Part shown: in pieces, positions 26,843-38,817 of the stretch | How positions within the stretch are numbered: position 1 is the stretch's first letter | Layout of the letters: the number at the start of each line of letters is the position of its first letter | From: Felis catus | Lineage: Eukaryota | DNA length: 64,000 nucleotides | Direction of reading: 5' to 3' | Assembly: GCF_018350175.1 (NCBI RefSeq) | Contig: NC_058368.1 | Span: forward strand, 148,430,001-148,494,000 | The notes under the pieces: model-generated | The model's database searches: none | What the model saw: the letters and a program-made list of their open reading frames with translations, nothing else | Told to the model about the DNA's origin: nothing | Translations under genes and position numbers: made by a program

Positions 26843-27749
26843 AAAATACAAAGAGGAGAATGGTGGAATGGAGGAATGGAGAAATTCCCCAATGGAGAAA
26901 TTGGGGAGATGCTATTTAAGGGTTCATATTCATACTTCATAGTCAAATAAGTCCTAGAGATCTAATGCACGGTATAATGATTATAGTCAACAGTGCTGTA
27001 TTATAAATTTCAAAGTCTTTAAGAGACAAGATCTTAATTGTTCTCAACACACAAAGAAAATGACAATTATATGACCTGATAGAGTGTCAGTTAATATTAC
27101 TGTGATAATCATATTGCATTATGTAAATGTATTAAATCAAAACACTGTACACCTTAAACTTACACGATATTATGTGTCATTTATATCTCAAAAATTATTA
27201 TTTTAGTTTACTAACCATATTTATTTTACAATAGCATGTATATGTCTTACAAGAAGCATACCAAAACTGACTGCATACCCTCAAAGACTAAAAAATAACC
27301 ACTAATCTTTTCACTCTTGGTTCAGAAAAATTATTTTAATAATTAAATTTAATTGGCAGAAAAGTACACCTTAGATCCTCATATCTCATTTGTGTTATTT
27401 CTCTCTTAGAGCAGTTCATTTTACATGACTTGCTGTTATGTTTCATCCTCAAACCTGCTTTTTTTTTTCTCCTGAGTGGTCTTACTATGACACTTTGCTT
27501 TGGGTAGGATGCATGTTCGATAGGTTGATACTTAATTTATATTCTTCTTTGATAGAAATAATAGATTCTAAAAATCAATTTGACTCTAAAATTAGTTCTA
27601 ATAATTTTTGCCAGGCGTGGCTTTTTATTTATTAAGTGCTTCTAATTATTGTTTCACCATTCATGTTTTCAAACTCTCTCCTTTGCTTTCACCAAGATTA
27701 AAAATAAAAGATTTGCTCTTGGTCAGAATAAAAGTAATATGACTGACTG

Positions 27750-27751
<2 letters not shown>

Positions 27752-27787
<36 letters not shown>
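27752..27787. repeat. (TG)n microsatellite
   Basis: Perfect dinucleotide run. Confidence 0.97.
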
Positions 27788-27788
<1 letters not shown>

Positions 27789-28179
27789 TATGCCTTCAGG
27801 AGGATGGGTAAGGACACTTTGTCAAATAATGAGTCTTGCCCTGTGTTTTGGGTATTGTGCATTAATGGAATCTTTGAAAGATAAACATACACAATATTTC
27901 ACCTAATTTAACTTTGTTAGAAGGGTGTTTTATCTCTTTGTTTTTATACTTATCCTCTGTGACATTTACTGTCACCTGAAATGTTAAAGATTAAAGTTAA
28001 GCATTTCTCAAAAGTCTTAACCATGAAATATTGGTTGTTCTTCCAGGCACTTTGTTGACATGGCAGCAATGATAAAGGAAAAGATATATTTGATGTTTAA
28101 GATGTGTCACATGGACTCACAATTTATAATTATTAATCTTTCCTGGTATTGTTAAAAATAATCCTATTATAGTAACTAA

Positions 28180-28310
28180 CAGTTGAAAATTTAAACAAGA
28201 TTTCACAATTATCATTTTAACAGAGAGATTAAAAGATATGTTAAACAGCTATAATGTCATAACTAGGTGACTGAAATGGTATAAAGTCTTTTCAGGTTAC
28301 TGAAATGGTA

Positions 28311-28357
<47 letters not shown>

Positions 28358-28830
28358 TAAAATATATACTGTGTACCAACTGCTAAAGCAACTTCCACCC
28401 CAAGGGCTATGGAAAACAAAGGGAGGAAGTTGGAATTATTAAAACATAGAAGGCAGAATGAATGTCCCTGTAGAGCTGAATTCAGACATCTGAGGAGAAA
28501 ACACCAAGGTAGTGCTGTAGTCTCTGGATGTATATTTGTTGGATATGAGCGATTTGGCTGGGATTAGAATCTGCTTCTGCCATGGTGAAAAGATGGGCTC
28601 CAGTGACACTCAAAGGACTGAAAGCAGAAAGGTTGCAGACTGGAAGGTCACGGGAAGTACATATGAAAGAATAGTCCCTTCCTCCTCTTCCTGGCCCACA
28701 GATTCCTTCTTTTACCCATTACTGGAGTCAAATGGCAAAGCAGAGAGGTTTACAAAGTCCCATCATATGAATCACAAGTAGAATATGGGAGAGTGAGTTT
28801 AAAGCTGAAAGAGAATAATAAGTAGTCACC
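28180..28830 (-). mobile_element. Ancient MaLR LTR (MLT1N2-like) with internal (GA)n at ~28314-28353
   Basis: gggaggaagttggaattattaaaacatagaagg...agagctgaattcagacatctgaggag...ggcaaagcaga...gagtgagtttaaagctgaaagag resembles a reversed late-MLT1 consensus. Confidence 0.7.
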
Positions 28831-29308
28831 ATTTTGAATGATTAGCATGTATATGCACATTTCAACACATATTTAAATGTTTGGAAATAATCACAAATTT
28901 AGAGAAGGGTTGCTAATGAAGTTCAATCCTGCCACCCCCTTGAATTAGTTGAGAGCATGTTGCTGACATAATGCTCCCTCACCTTTGAATAGTTTGTGGC
29001 TGTATATTCCTTACAAAGATATTTTCTAACATTATCAATGTAAATATTAGAATCAAGATATTGACATTGACACATTATTACCACATGATACTCAGGCCTC
29101 ATTCACACTTAACAAACTGTTTCAATTGCCTTCTTTATAGCAAAAAGTTCAGAATGAGCCACATGTTGTCTTTAGTTATGTGCCTGATTTCCTTCAACCT
29201 AAAAAAGATCCTGAGAATTTGATTCTCATGACTTGGGTAATAGTTTCTCTTTTGTTTTGTCTTATTTTTGATCCCCGCATTGCAAGAGCTTTTAAAATAA
29301 ATGGCACC

Positions 29309-29395
29309 ATATCAATTAGCTATTGCTACATAATCAATCACCTTCCACCAAAATCTAAAGACTTAGGATAAAATAATTTATTACTCTGCTTCATA
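29309..29395 (-). mobile_element. MLT1 (F/H-like) LTR 3' end fragment
   Basis: tatcaattagctattgctacataatcaatcacc...caaaatctaaagactta...aataatttatta. Confidence 0.6.
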
Positions 29396-29514
29396 TGTTT
29401 TGTTTTGGTTTGCCTTTTGGGGAATGCTTCTTAATTTGGAAAACAGTTTGGGTCCAGTGTTGGAGTTTTTCTCAGATTTTCTTATCATTAAATCTGACCA
29501 CATATCTTTGGCAG

Positions 29515-29921
29515 TGCTATGGACTGAATGTCAATGTCCTCCTCAAATTCCTATGTTGAAACCCTTAACCCCAATGTCATGGCACCTAAAGATCAGGCCT
29601 TGGAAGATAATTAGAGCTAGATTAGGTCATAATGGTGGGGTCCTCATGACAGCATTAATGCCCTTATGAAAAGAGAAAGAGACACAAGATCTAAATCTCT
29701 CAATTTCTCTCTCTTCCCTCCTTTCCCTCCTCTCTCTCTGCCCCTCTGTAAGCACCAGGTAAGCCATGGGAAGATAAACCAGGAAAATGACTCAGCAAGA
29801 ACCTGACCATGTTCACCCTGATCTCGAACTTACAGCCTTGAGAGCTATAGAAATAAATATTTGTTGTTTCATCCACCTACTCTGTGGTATTCTTTTACAG
29901 ACGCCCACATTGACTAAGGCA
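29515..29921 (+). mobile_element. Solo MaLR LTR (MLT1A/A0-like)
   Basis: TGCTATGGACTGAATG...GACTAAGGCA termini; 5-bp TSD GGCAG/GGCAA. Confidence 0.93.
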
Positions 29922-30657
29922 GGCAATAATATACTAATAAATAAAATAAAATAAAATAAAATAACAATAGAGCTGCTATGTACTCATTGCATCCTATCAC
30001 ATAGTATAGAATTTCAGTGTCTCTTTGCTAGTGATGTTTACTTTGATCTTAGTAAAGGTTGTATCTACCACCTGTACCATGTAAAGTTATGTTTTTATTT
30101 TTCCTCTGTACTTAATAAATACTTATGAGAAGGTATCTTGAAACTATGTAAATTCCCAATTCTTCATTAAATCTTTTTTTTTCCTGTTTATTATTGATGT
30201 AAGTATGGACTTATGGATTTCTATTTTATTCAACGAAGCATAATCTATTGTAATTACTCTTTAATTTGGAAGTTTAATTTCCCAGGGTTAAATCAGGCAT
30301 CCATTTCATTTTGATATTTATTATGTTCTGTGAATACCTCTTTATTTTCTTACACATCAAAATGTAAAAGGTCAATCTTGTACTGTTCCTTTCCATCAAT
30401 GAAATCTGTTAAAAAAGTCATATGGAAGTAATAGAAATAAAAGTCATGTTATCACAGGTGAGTAATTCCTCAGTAGGCTGAAGAAAAGACCCTAACTGAA
30501 ATATCAAGAGAAAATAAGTAGAAAGAAAACAAAAGCAGAATTAAATATTTGGGAGCTGTAGAATAATAACAAACTGTCTAATACACATGTAAGAAGAACA
30601 CTAGAAAAGATGATAGAGAGAAAGGTGGCAGAAAAATATTTGGAGAAAAAAGAAAAT

Positions 30658-30928
30658 TATTTATTTATTCATTCATTCATTCATTCATTCATGAGAGACT
30701 GTGCAAGTGAACGAGGGGCAGAGACAGGGAGAGAGACAGGTAGAGAGAGAGAGAGAATCCCATGAGGGGCAGAGAGAGAGGAAAAGAGAGAGGTAGGGAA
30801 AAAGAGAAGCCCACACAGGTTCTACATTGTCAGTGTGGAGCCTGAAGTTGACTGGAACACACAAACCAGAAGGTCATGACCTGAGTGGAAGTTGGATATT
30901 TAACCAACTGAGTCACTTAGGCGCCCCC
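30658..30928 (-). mobile_element. CanSINE with internally duplicated GA-rich segment and (ATTC)n tail
   Basis: Two gagagaa(t/g)ccca motifs; TSD AAAGAAAAT. Confidence 0.9.
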
Positions 30929-31017
30929 GAAAGAAAATGTTTTAAGAGGAAAAAGCAAACTCCAATCTCATTCAGTTCTCTACTAAGATAATCTTGATAC
31001 CAAGATTGATACTTTGA

Positions 31018-31236
31018 GGGGCGCACTGGGTGGCTCAGTTGGTTAAGCATCCGACTTCAGCTCAGGGCACGTTCTCGTGGTCAGTGAGTTTGAGTCCTGT
31101 GTCGGGCCCTGGGCTGATGGTTCGGAGCCTGGAGCCTGCTTCCGATTCTGTGTCTCCCTCTCTCTGCCCCTCCCCCATTCATGCTCTGTCTCTCTCTGTC
31201 TCAAAAATAAATAAACATTAAAAAAAATTTAAAAAA
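31018..31236 (+). mobile_element. CanSINE (SINEC_Fc)
   Basis: 16-bp TSD AAGATTGATACTTTGA. Confidence 0.96.
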
Positions 31237-32004
31237 AAGATTGATACTTTGATACCAAGGTCAATATGAGAAAGAAGAGAACCAATGAAACCTATTGGTA
31301 AACACAGGTGCAAAAATCCTAAACACAAATAGGAAATTTGAGTTTAGGATTATATATAATCCTATGAATATGTATATATAAACAGATATAGATATAGATT
31401 TATAGATATAGCACACATGATTTATATACACATATATACTTATATCTCTAAATAAGCACGAAGATATTATATCATGGCTTAAATTTATCAGGAAATAAAA
31501 TATTGATCTAATTCTACAAAATTAATATAATTATCCATATTAACAGATTAAAGGGGATAATTCACATAATCGTATTGATAGGAAAAGCATTTGACAATCA
31601 TTAGTACTTATGATAAACTCTTTTAGAAAAAAAATGTGGTTTTGCATTTAAAAGTTACATCAAATATTATATTTAAAGGTTAAATGTGAACAGCTTTTCT
31701 TTTTAATGGGGAAAGATACAGAAATGATCATGAATCACTCTTCTATAAAACTTTGTAATGAGTTGCTAGATAGGGCAGCAAGGAAAAAAATGAGATAACA
31801 TCTATATGGTTTGAAAAGGAGGAAAGCAATTGTCATTATGTGGTTTAGAAAAAGAGAAGAAAAATGTCATTAGTTTAGGCAGAAATAGAGTATATATAGA
31901 AATTCCAAGGGAATCTAGGTATAAATTTAGAGAATTAATATGGATGCATACAAAAATCGATATATAAAACCAATTGTATTTCCTATCAAGACAACCATCA
32001 GGAA

Positions 32005-32195
32005 TTTTTTTTTAAGTATTTTGGGAGAGAAAGCATACATCTAGGAGTGGCAGAGACAGAGAGAGAATCCCAAAGCAGACTCCACACAGCCAGTGCAGAG
32101 ATCAGTGCAGGGCTTAAACCCACAAACCATGAGATCATAACCTGAGCCAAAACCAAGAGTCAGGTGCTCAAGTGACTGAGCCACCCAGGAACCCC
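32005..32195 (-). mobile_element. CanSINE (older type)
   Basis: SINE head at 32195; degenerate TSD cagg(g)aat. Confidence 0.9.
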
Positions 32196-32675
32196 AGGGA
32201 ATATTATTTTACAGAAAAAACAGTATTACTTCAAAATATACAGCACTGTGTAATAAATAAAAAGCAATAAAACCTTATTGAGGCACATAAAGTACAGCTA
32301 AATAAACGAGGATACATACCTTTTCACGAATTGTAAGACTCAATATTATCAATTTGTCAATTCTCTTCAATTTTTGCTATAGATTAAAAGTATTCTAATT
32401 AAAATTCTAACTGTATGTATGAATATTGGTGGGGAAACCTGTTCTACATACTAACAATACTCATTACAAAACTATAGTAATTAGAAGAGTGTATTATTAG
32501 CACAAGGACAAATAAATATACAAATTCTCAGATGAGAGAGCCCACAAACAGACATGTTTATATAGACACTTGATTTATAACAAAGTTGGAATGCTTAAGA
32601 AGAAAGGACAATCTTTTCAACTGTGTTAGGAAACTGGCTATGCCTATGGGAAAACAAAACAAAACAAATACTTTA

Positions 32676-32900
32676 TTTATTTATTTTAAAAATTTTTAAC
32701 GTTTATTTATTTTTGAGACAGAGAGAGACAGAGCATGAACAGGGGAGGGGCAGAGAGAGAGGGAGACACAGAATCCAAAACGGGCTCCAGGCTCTGAGCT
32801 GTCAGCACAGAGCCCGACGCGGGGCTTGAACTCACGGACCGTGAGATCATGACCTGAGCCGAAGTCGGACGCTCAACCGACCGAGCCACCCAGGCGCCCC
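32676..32900 (-). mobile_element. Young CanSINE (SINEC_Fc)
   Basis: CpG-rich; 16-bp TSD CAAAACAAATACTTTA. Confidence 0.97.
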
Positions 32901-33409
32901 CAAAACAAATACTTTAATTGAACACTTATTTTTTCTCTTACATAAAACTCAATTATAAGTAAATTATAAGGAAAGATAAAACAATGAAGATTTCAAAACA
33001 AAACCTAAGAGTATCACCATGTACTCAGTGGAAGGAGATATTTATAAAATAGGAAATTAACAGGGAAAAAAAGAGTCCTGTTTGACCTTATTAATATAAA
33101 ATATTTGTTCATGAAATGTCCCCATTAAAACATTAAATATATTTATTTACTAGATAATAAAGAGGAAGATGATATTTAGAGCACATTTACACAGAAAGTG
33201 ACTCAATCCAAATACTTTATGAAAACTGAAAATAATTGAGTGAGATGAAATGTTTACTAATATTAAGTTTTATTGAGGATATAGGGCAATTGGGACCTCT
33301 CAAACATTACAGACTGGATGGGGATACATAACACTTAGGTTGAAGTTAAAGTATTTTCTATGAACAGGGATTCAATTTCTAGGTATAAACTCTATAGAAA
33401 AGTGTTTTT

Positions 33410-34822
33410 AATAGTTTGTGTCTTTTTAGGAATATGTCCATTCCATCTAGGTTATATATTTGTTCACATAGTTTCTCATAGCATTATCTTCTTCAAACAC
33501 TGTTTCAGCCACTTCTAAATTCACATGTGATTTCTTTGACTTATTGTCTATTTAATACAGTCTAATTTAATTTGTGAATATCCCACTTTTCCTATTGTTA
33601 TTGATTTCTAATTTCATTCCATTGTGGTCCGAGAACATCCTTTGTATTATTTCAATATTTATTCAATTACTGAGGTATTATTTCTTAACATGTTCTTTTT
33701 GCTTCTTTCTCTGTTTCCTGTTGGATTCTCATTATGTACATGCTAGTGTGCTTGATGTTGTCCCACAGGTTTCTAAGGTATTGCTTTTTTATTCTTCATC
33801 ACTTTTTTCATTCTGTCATTCAGACTGAAGTCACAATCTATCTTTAAGTTTGCTGATCTTTTATCTGCCAGTTCAAACATGCTTGAGGCCCTTTTGTGAT
33901 TTTTTTCTCCTTTCAGTTATTTTATCAATTGACTTTGGACGTGCCGATTTATTGTTTATCGTAAAATTGCCATCTTTTGAAATATTTTATTTGAGATACA
34001 TGGTTTTAATACTTTCCTTGAATTCTTTACACATGGTTTCCTTCAGTTCAGAACAAAGGTAATAGTTGATTTAAAGTCTTCGTCTAATAAGACCACCATC
34101 AGGACCATCCCAGAGATAGTCTCTACCAACTGTTTTGTTTCTATTTTTTCCTGTATATGAGCCATACATTCCTATTTTTGCATGTCTTTTTTTTGTTATC
34201 ATTGAGATTTTAAATAATACAATTTGCAACATTGGAAATCAGATTCTGCCTTCTTTCTAGGGTTTTTTTTTTTTCTCTTTTGTTGTTGTCACCTTTTAGT
34301 TATCTCTGGAATTAATTGAAGCATAATCTTTTGTATGTGCAGCCACCAAAGTCTTCAATTAGCTTACTGGTCAGCTTATGATAAGACAGAGATTTTCTTA
34401 AATACCTTGAACCAACAGGTCTTCCACCCTTGAACCAATAATGACTTCAACCAGTGTTCTTGCATTGTGGTATCCTTTCAGTGCTCTGGTAGCTCCCTAA
34501 AAAAATTTTTTTTGAGGATGGGGCTTTTGGAAAGTGCCAAATCTATTAGACCTCTGTTTTCACAGCTCACTGTGGTTTCAAGATTGTTGTTTCTCAAGGA
34601 TATTATTGGGCTCAGGGGAGGACAGGAAGAGTGCAAGTTAGAAAAGTACTAAATTTGCTGTTCTTACCAAGATTAAGTCGTTTTCTTTGAATTGTTGCAA
34701 GCCTTTGGTTAATTCCAAGAGTTCTGAAGAAGTTTAATTTGACAATGTTTTTTTTTCAGTTTTCTTGTTGATACTTTGGAGAAGTGGATTTTCAGTTTCT
34801 TACCACATTACCTGAGAAGTGT
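33410..34822 (-). mobile_element. Old L1 (L1M) ORF2/ORF1/5' fragments
   Basis: gtctttttaggaatatgtccattccatctaggtt; ttgatttctaatttcattccattgtggtccgagaacat; L1M-type 5' region (tgttcttaccaagatt...gcaagcctttggttaattcc). Confidence 0.75.
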
Positions 34823-35120
34823 TTCATTAGGAAACACTTATGTGTGTGTGTATATGTTTGTGTGTATGTAGATGTATATATATTAAAATTCATGTGTATC
34901 TGTAAACCCATACATATATATCTAATATAATAAGAACTGATTTAGAAAGTATATTTCCCATAACTTCACATTGTTAAGCATGTTTTTAACTGCATGTTAG
35001 AATTAACAAAGACTGGCAAGCTTACCATGAACTGGTAGGATTACTAGTGATCTCTCTTTTTCTCTATCACTTCTCTGTATTATGTTATTTTCTTATTTTT
35101 TCTAGATAATTATAAATTAT

Positions 35121-35349
35121 GGGGTGCCTGGGTGGCTCAGTCAGCTAAGCGTCTGACTTTGGTTCAGGTCATGATCTCACGGTTCCCGAATTCAAGCCCT
35201 GCATAGGGCTCTGTGCTGACAGCTTGGAGCCTGGAGCCTACTTCAGTTTCTGTGTCTCGTACCCCCAACCCAGCCCCCTGCTTGTGCTCTGTCCCTGACT
35301 CTCTCTCTCTGTCTCTCTCTCTCTCAAAAATAAACATTAAAAATATTAA
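35121..35349 (+). mobile_element. CanSINE
   Basis: 15-bp TSD ATAATTATAAATTAT. Confidence 0.95.
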
Positions 35350-35579
35350 ATAATTATAAATTATTATCATTAAATAATAAAATCAATAAAATGTTTTTTA
35401 TCTGAAAGTAGACTAAATTTCTTTTCTTTTCTTTTTTTTTAATTTTGGTCTTTAAAACTTCCTCAGTTTTTCTTCACCTAACAGGTGGCTATAACTACCA
35501 AATATATAAGGCTAAGAAAAAAAAGTACTGATGCCATAACTTGGATGTAATTTGTAAATTTTAGAAAATGATCATATCA

Positions 35580-35778
35580 GGAGCTCCTGGGTAGCTCAGT
35601 TGGTGATAGTGATCAGTTCAGCTCAGGTCATGATCTCCAGTTTTCTGAGTTTGAGACCCACATTGGGCCCTGTGCTGACAGCTCAGAGCATGGAGCCTGC
35701 TTTGGATTCTGTCTCCCTCTTTCTGTTCCTTTCCCACTCATGTTCTGTCTCTCTTTCTCAAAAATAAACATTAAAAAA
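35580..35778 (+). mobile_element. CanSINE
   Basis: Diverged SINE; TSD AGAAAATGAT. Confidence 0.92.
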
Positions 35779-35809
35779 AGAAAATGATATTATTCAGATT
35801 TTACAGTCA

Positions 35810-36360
35810 TATATATGTGTATGTATGAATATATGTCTATTAGAGCATATATACATATGTATTTTTATAATATTTATATAATTTTAATATTATATAATTA
35901 TTAACATATAATTTAATATTAATATTTTTATATTATAAATTATATTTATAAATTATAATATATAATTAACATATAATTTAATATTATATAATAGTTAATA
36001 TATTATATCATTATATTATTATATATTATATTATATATTATTATATAAATATAATACTTATATATTAAATAATTTGGGGCGCCTGGGTGGCGCAGTCAGT
36101 TAAGCGTCCGACTTCAGCCAGGTCACGATCTCCCGGTCCGGGAGTTCGAGCTCCGCATCAGGCTCTGGGCTAATGGCTCAGAGCCTGGAGCCTGTTTCCG
36201 ATTCTGTGTCTCCCTCTCTCTCTGCCCCTCCCCCGTTCATGCTCTGTCTCTCTCTGTCCCAAAAATAAATAAACGTTGAAAAAAATTTTTTTAAATAATT
36301 AAATAATAATATACTTATTAATATATAATTATATATTAATATATATAATATATAATATAT
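35810..36360. repeat. AT-rich low-complexity tract split by a SINE
   Basis: Almost pure A/T with TATTA/TAATA units on both sides of the 36076 SINE. Confidence 0.9.
36076..36290 (+). mobile_element. Young SINEC_Fc
   Basis: Young consensus with intact CpGs; TSD TTAAATAATT. Confidence 0.97.
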
Positions 36361-36821
36361 TCTGTCTTGTGCTTGATTGCCAAAAGTTATTTTCTTGATT
36401 TCTTCAAAAGAAAATCTCAAAATCCTATGAACAAAATACCTTTCTTCAGTCAAGACATTTCTGTGGTTTTTTTGAAAATTGATGTCATTTTTATTGCCCA
36501 AATAATGAGATAAACACTAATAAGTTTTTATAATAGTTGTATAAATTGGGCTTTAATCTGTGACCATTGAGATATTGCTACTGACTCTCCGGAGATTAAA
36601 TTTGTTTTTATTCAATGTAATAAATAAAGATGATATATTCACATATCCTGAATCATGTGTATTTAGAAATAGTTTTATCAAGTGCAGGAAATAGGACCTA
36701 TTAATTTTTGATATTATTGCCTAGATTAGTGCCTTGAACATAAAAAGTGGTCATTAACTTTTCTTTTATTTTTTAAAAAGTAGCTCTATTGATATATAGT
36801 TCATATACCATAAGATTCACC

Positions 36822-37140
36822 TTTTTACTTTTTATTTTTTTAGTTTATTTATTTAAATTCAAGTTAGTTAACATACAGTGTAGTCTTTGTTTTAGTAGGA
36901 GAACTCAATGATTTATTACTTACATATAACACGCAGTACTAATCCCAACAAAGGTCCTCCTTAATGCCCATCACCCATTTAGCCCATTCTTCCACCTACT
37001 TACCCTCCGGTAACCCTCAGTTCTTTTCTCTATATTTAAGAGTCTTTTATGGTTTGCCTCCTTCTCTGTTTTTATCTTATTTTTCCTTCCCTCCCTTATG
37101 TTCATCTGTTTTGTTTCTTAAGTTCCACGTATGAGCGAAA
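36822..37140 (-). mobile_element. Carnivore L1 3'UTR fragment
   Basis: tttatttaaattcaagttagttaacatacagtgtagt... same family as the 3' end at 51150. Confidence 0.92.
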
Positions 37141-37141
37141 C

Positions 37142-37351
37142 TTTTTTCCAACGTTTATTTATTTTTGGAACAGAGAGAGACAGAGCATGAACGGGGGAGG
37201 GGCAGAGAGAGAGGGAGACACAGAATCGGAAACAGGCTCCAGACTCTGAGCCATCAGCGCAGAGCCCGACGCGGGGCTCGAACTCATGGACCCCGAGATC
37301 GTGACCTGGCTGAAGTCGGACGCTTAACCGACTGCGCCATCCAGGTGCCCC
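37142..37351 (-). mobile_element. Young SINEC_Fc lacking a TSD
   Basis: Young consensus; flanks gagcgaaac / gataatttat share no direct repeat. Confidence 0.96.
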
Positions 37352-37832
37352 GATAATTTATACTTCTTATTGACCATATTTTTTTTCCTTTATCAGTTGC
37401 CAGAATAGCTGAACTTATATTCCCTCCTCCAGGCAACAGTGGCATTGGTTCTTATCTTTAAAAACTCCTATCACTATTATTTTTTTAGGTTAATTGGTAA
37501 AAAAAAAAAAATGAATTGTTCCTTTGCAGATGCTATCTTACTTAGTAAAAACTGTCCTATACTCCAGAAATTAGATTCTTGAAGTGATTTAATGAGTTTT
37601 ATATTTCGCCTTCTGTATCCAGTGTTTTTCCCTATTTTACAGATGTAAAGTTGACCTACGTCAATGTTTACTGCAATGGCTCATTTTTTTAACGATCTTT
37701 TATAGACTATAAATCAACTGTGAAGTGATAGGACAAGAAATTAGATGGGCACAAAGTGAAAATTGACAGAAATTTGCAGTGTTGTAACCTGTAAATTAAT
37801 TCATTTTAAAATCAGAAAATGTAAGTGTCTGA

Positions 37833-38054
37833 TTTTTTTATTTTATTTATTTTGAGAGAGAGACAGGGAGAGAGAAGGAGAGTATGTGTGTGCATGAGCA
37901 AGGGAGGGGTAGAAAGAGAGGGAGAGCGAATCCCAAGCAGGCTCCACACTGTCAACTTGGAGCCTGATGTGGAGCTCGAACTCATGAGCTGTGAGATCAT
38001 GACCTGAGCCAAAATAAGTCAGAGGCTTAACCATCTGAACCACCCAGCTGCCCC
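37833..38054 (-). mobile_element. CanSINE (older type)
   Basis: Complete SINE; degenerate TSD aa(g/a)tgt(c/t)tgatttt. Confidence 0.94.
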
Positions 38055-38249
38055 ATAAATGTTTGATTTTTAATGAACTTTTAAATAGGCTATCATAAAA
38101 CCTTGGGAGATTTTTAACTTGTATTAGTTAAGTTGTATACTGAGTCATAGTTTTCTGTAATTGAAGTTCTCTACACAATTGTATAGTTTTATAGAACTGT
38201 TATAAAATAAAAGTTGGAATTCTTTAATATTGTTTAACGGAAGAGGATA

Positions 38250-38489
38250 CTATTGTGGTGTGAAACTATCGAGCTTTAAGTCTAAGGAACTATATTAAAA
38301 ATTCTGACAGTACCACTTAAAATCTACAAGCTTTAGTTTTCTCATTTGTAAAATACAGATTGTAGTTCTTATTATTTGTAGCACACTGGAGATGAATATG
38401 CCATAATTCACAGGAATGCTATGAATCTCAAATGAGATACAGATGGTGAAGGTGTAGTGTAAATTATAAAGGTCTATGAAAATGTAAAG
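38250..38489 (+). mobile_element. MIR-like element
   Basis: ctttagttttctcatttgtaaaatacagat...ataattcacaggaatgctatgaatctcaaatgagat. Confidence 0.55.
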
Positions 38490-38817
38490 CAGAGGCGGCA
38501 AAGTTTTTCTATAAAGGGTCAGATAGTAAGTATTTTTGGCTTTGCAAGTTTTAGAGTCTCTTTCCCAATGGTTCAGTTCTGCTGTGACAGCCCCCAGCTA
38601 TAGGCAGTAAGTAAAGGGTTAAATGTCCTATGTTCAGTACAACTTATTTGTGGACAATGAAATTTAAATTCCATATAATTTTTACAAAATATACTTCTTC
38701 CTTTTTAAGCTTTCCCCCAATCATGCAAAATTATAAAAACATCCTTCACTTGCAAACTAATGAAAATATAAACAGCCACTGTTTTTGGCTACAAGGCTCT
38801 AGTTTTGCTGACGCCTG
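38490..38817. mobile_element. MER58B-like hAT-Charlie MITE
   Basis: TIRs CAGAGGCGGCAAA...TTTGCTGACGCCTG and perfect 8-bp hAT-type TSD ATGTAAAG (38482-38489 / 38818-38825). Confidence 0.92.

Larger units (their letters stand above)
25971..27194 (+). mobile_element. L1 3' end (L1MA9-like/early carnivore) carrying two SINEs
   Basis: aaaacagaactaccatataatccagcaat...gtcagacagagaaagacaaatactg...tgtacaccttaaacttacac...ttatatctcaaaaa. Confidence 0.9.
28875..30400 (-). mobile_element. L1MC4-like 3' region, interrupted by MLT1 elements
   Basis: ttggaaataatcacaaatttagagaagggttgc...gagagcatgttgctgacataatgc...aatcaagatattgacattgacacattattacca; resumes after the LTR (ctatgtactcattgcatcctatca...gtgatgtttactttgatc). 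Confidence 0.7.
30405..33405 (+). mobile_element. Old, highly deleted L1 (ORF1 fragment + ORF2), interrupted by four SINEs
   Basis: Degenerate ORF2 motifs, e.g. gtaaacacaggtgcaaaaatcctaaac, gaaaagcatttgacaa, gtaagactcaatattatcaatttgtcaattctc, agagcccacaaacagac. Confidence 0.72.
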
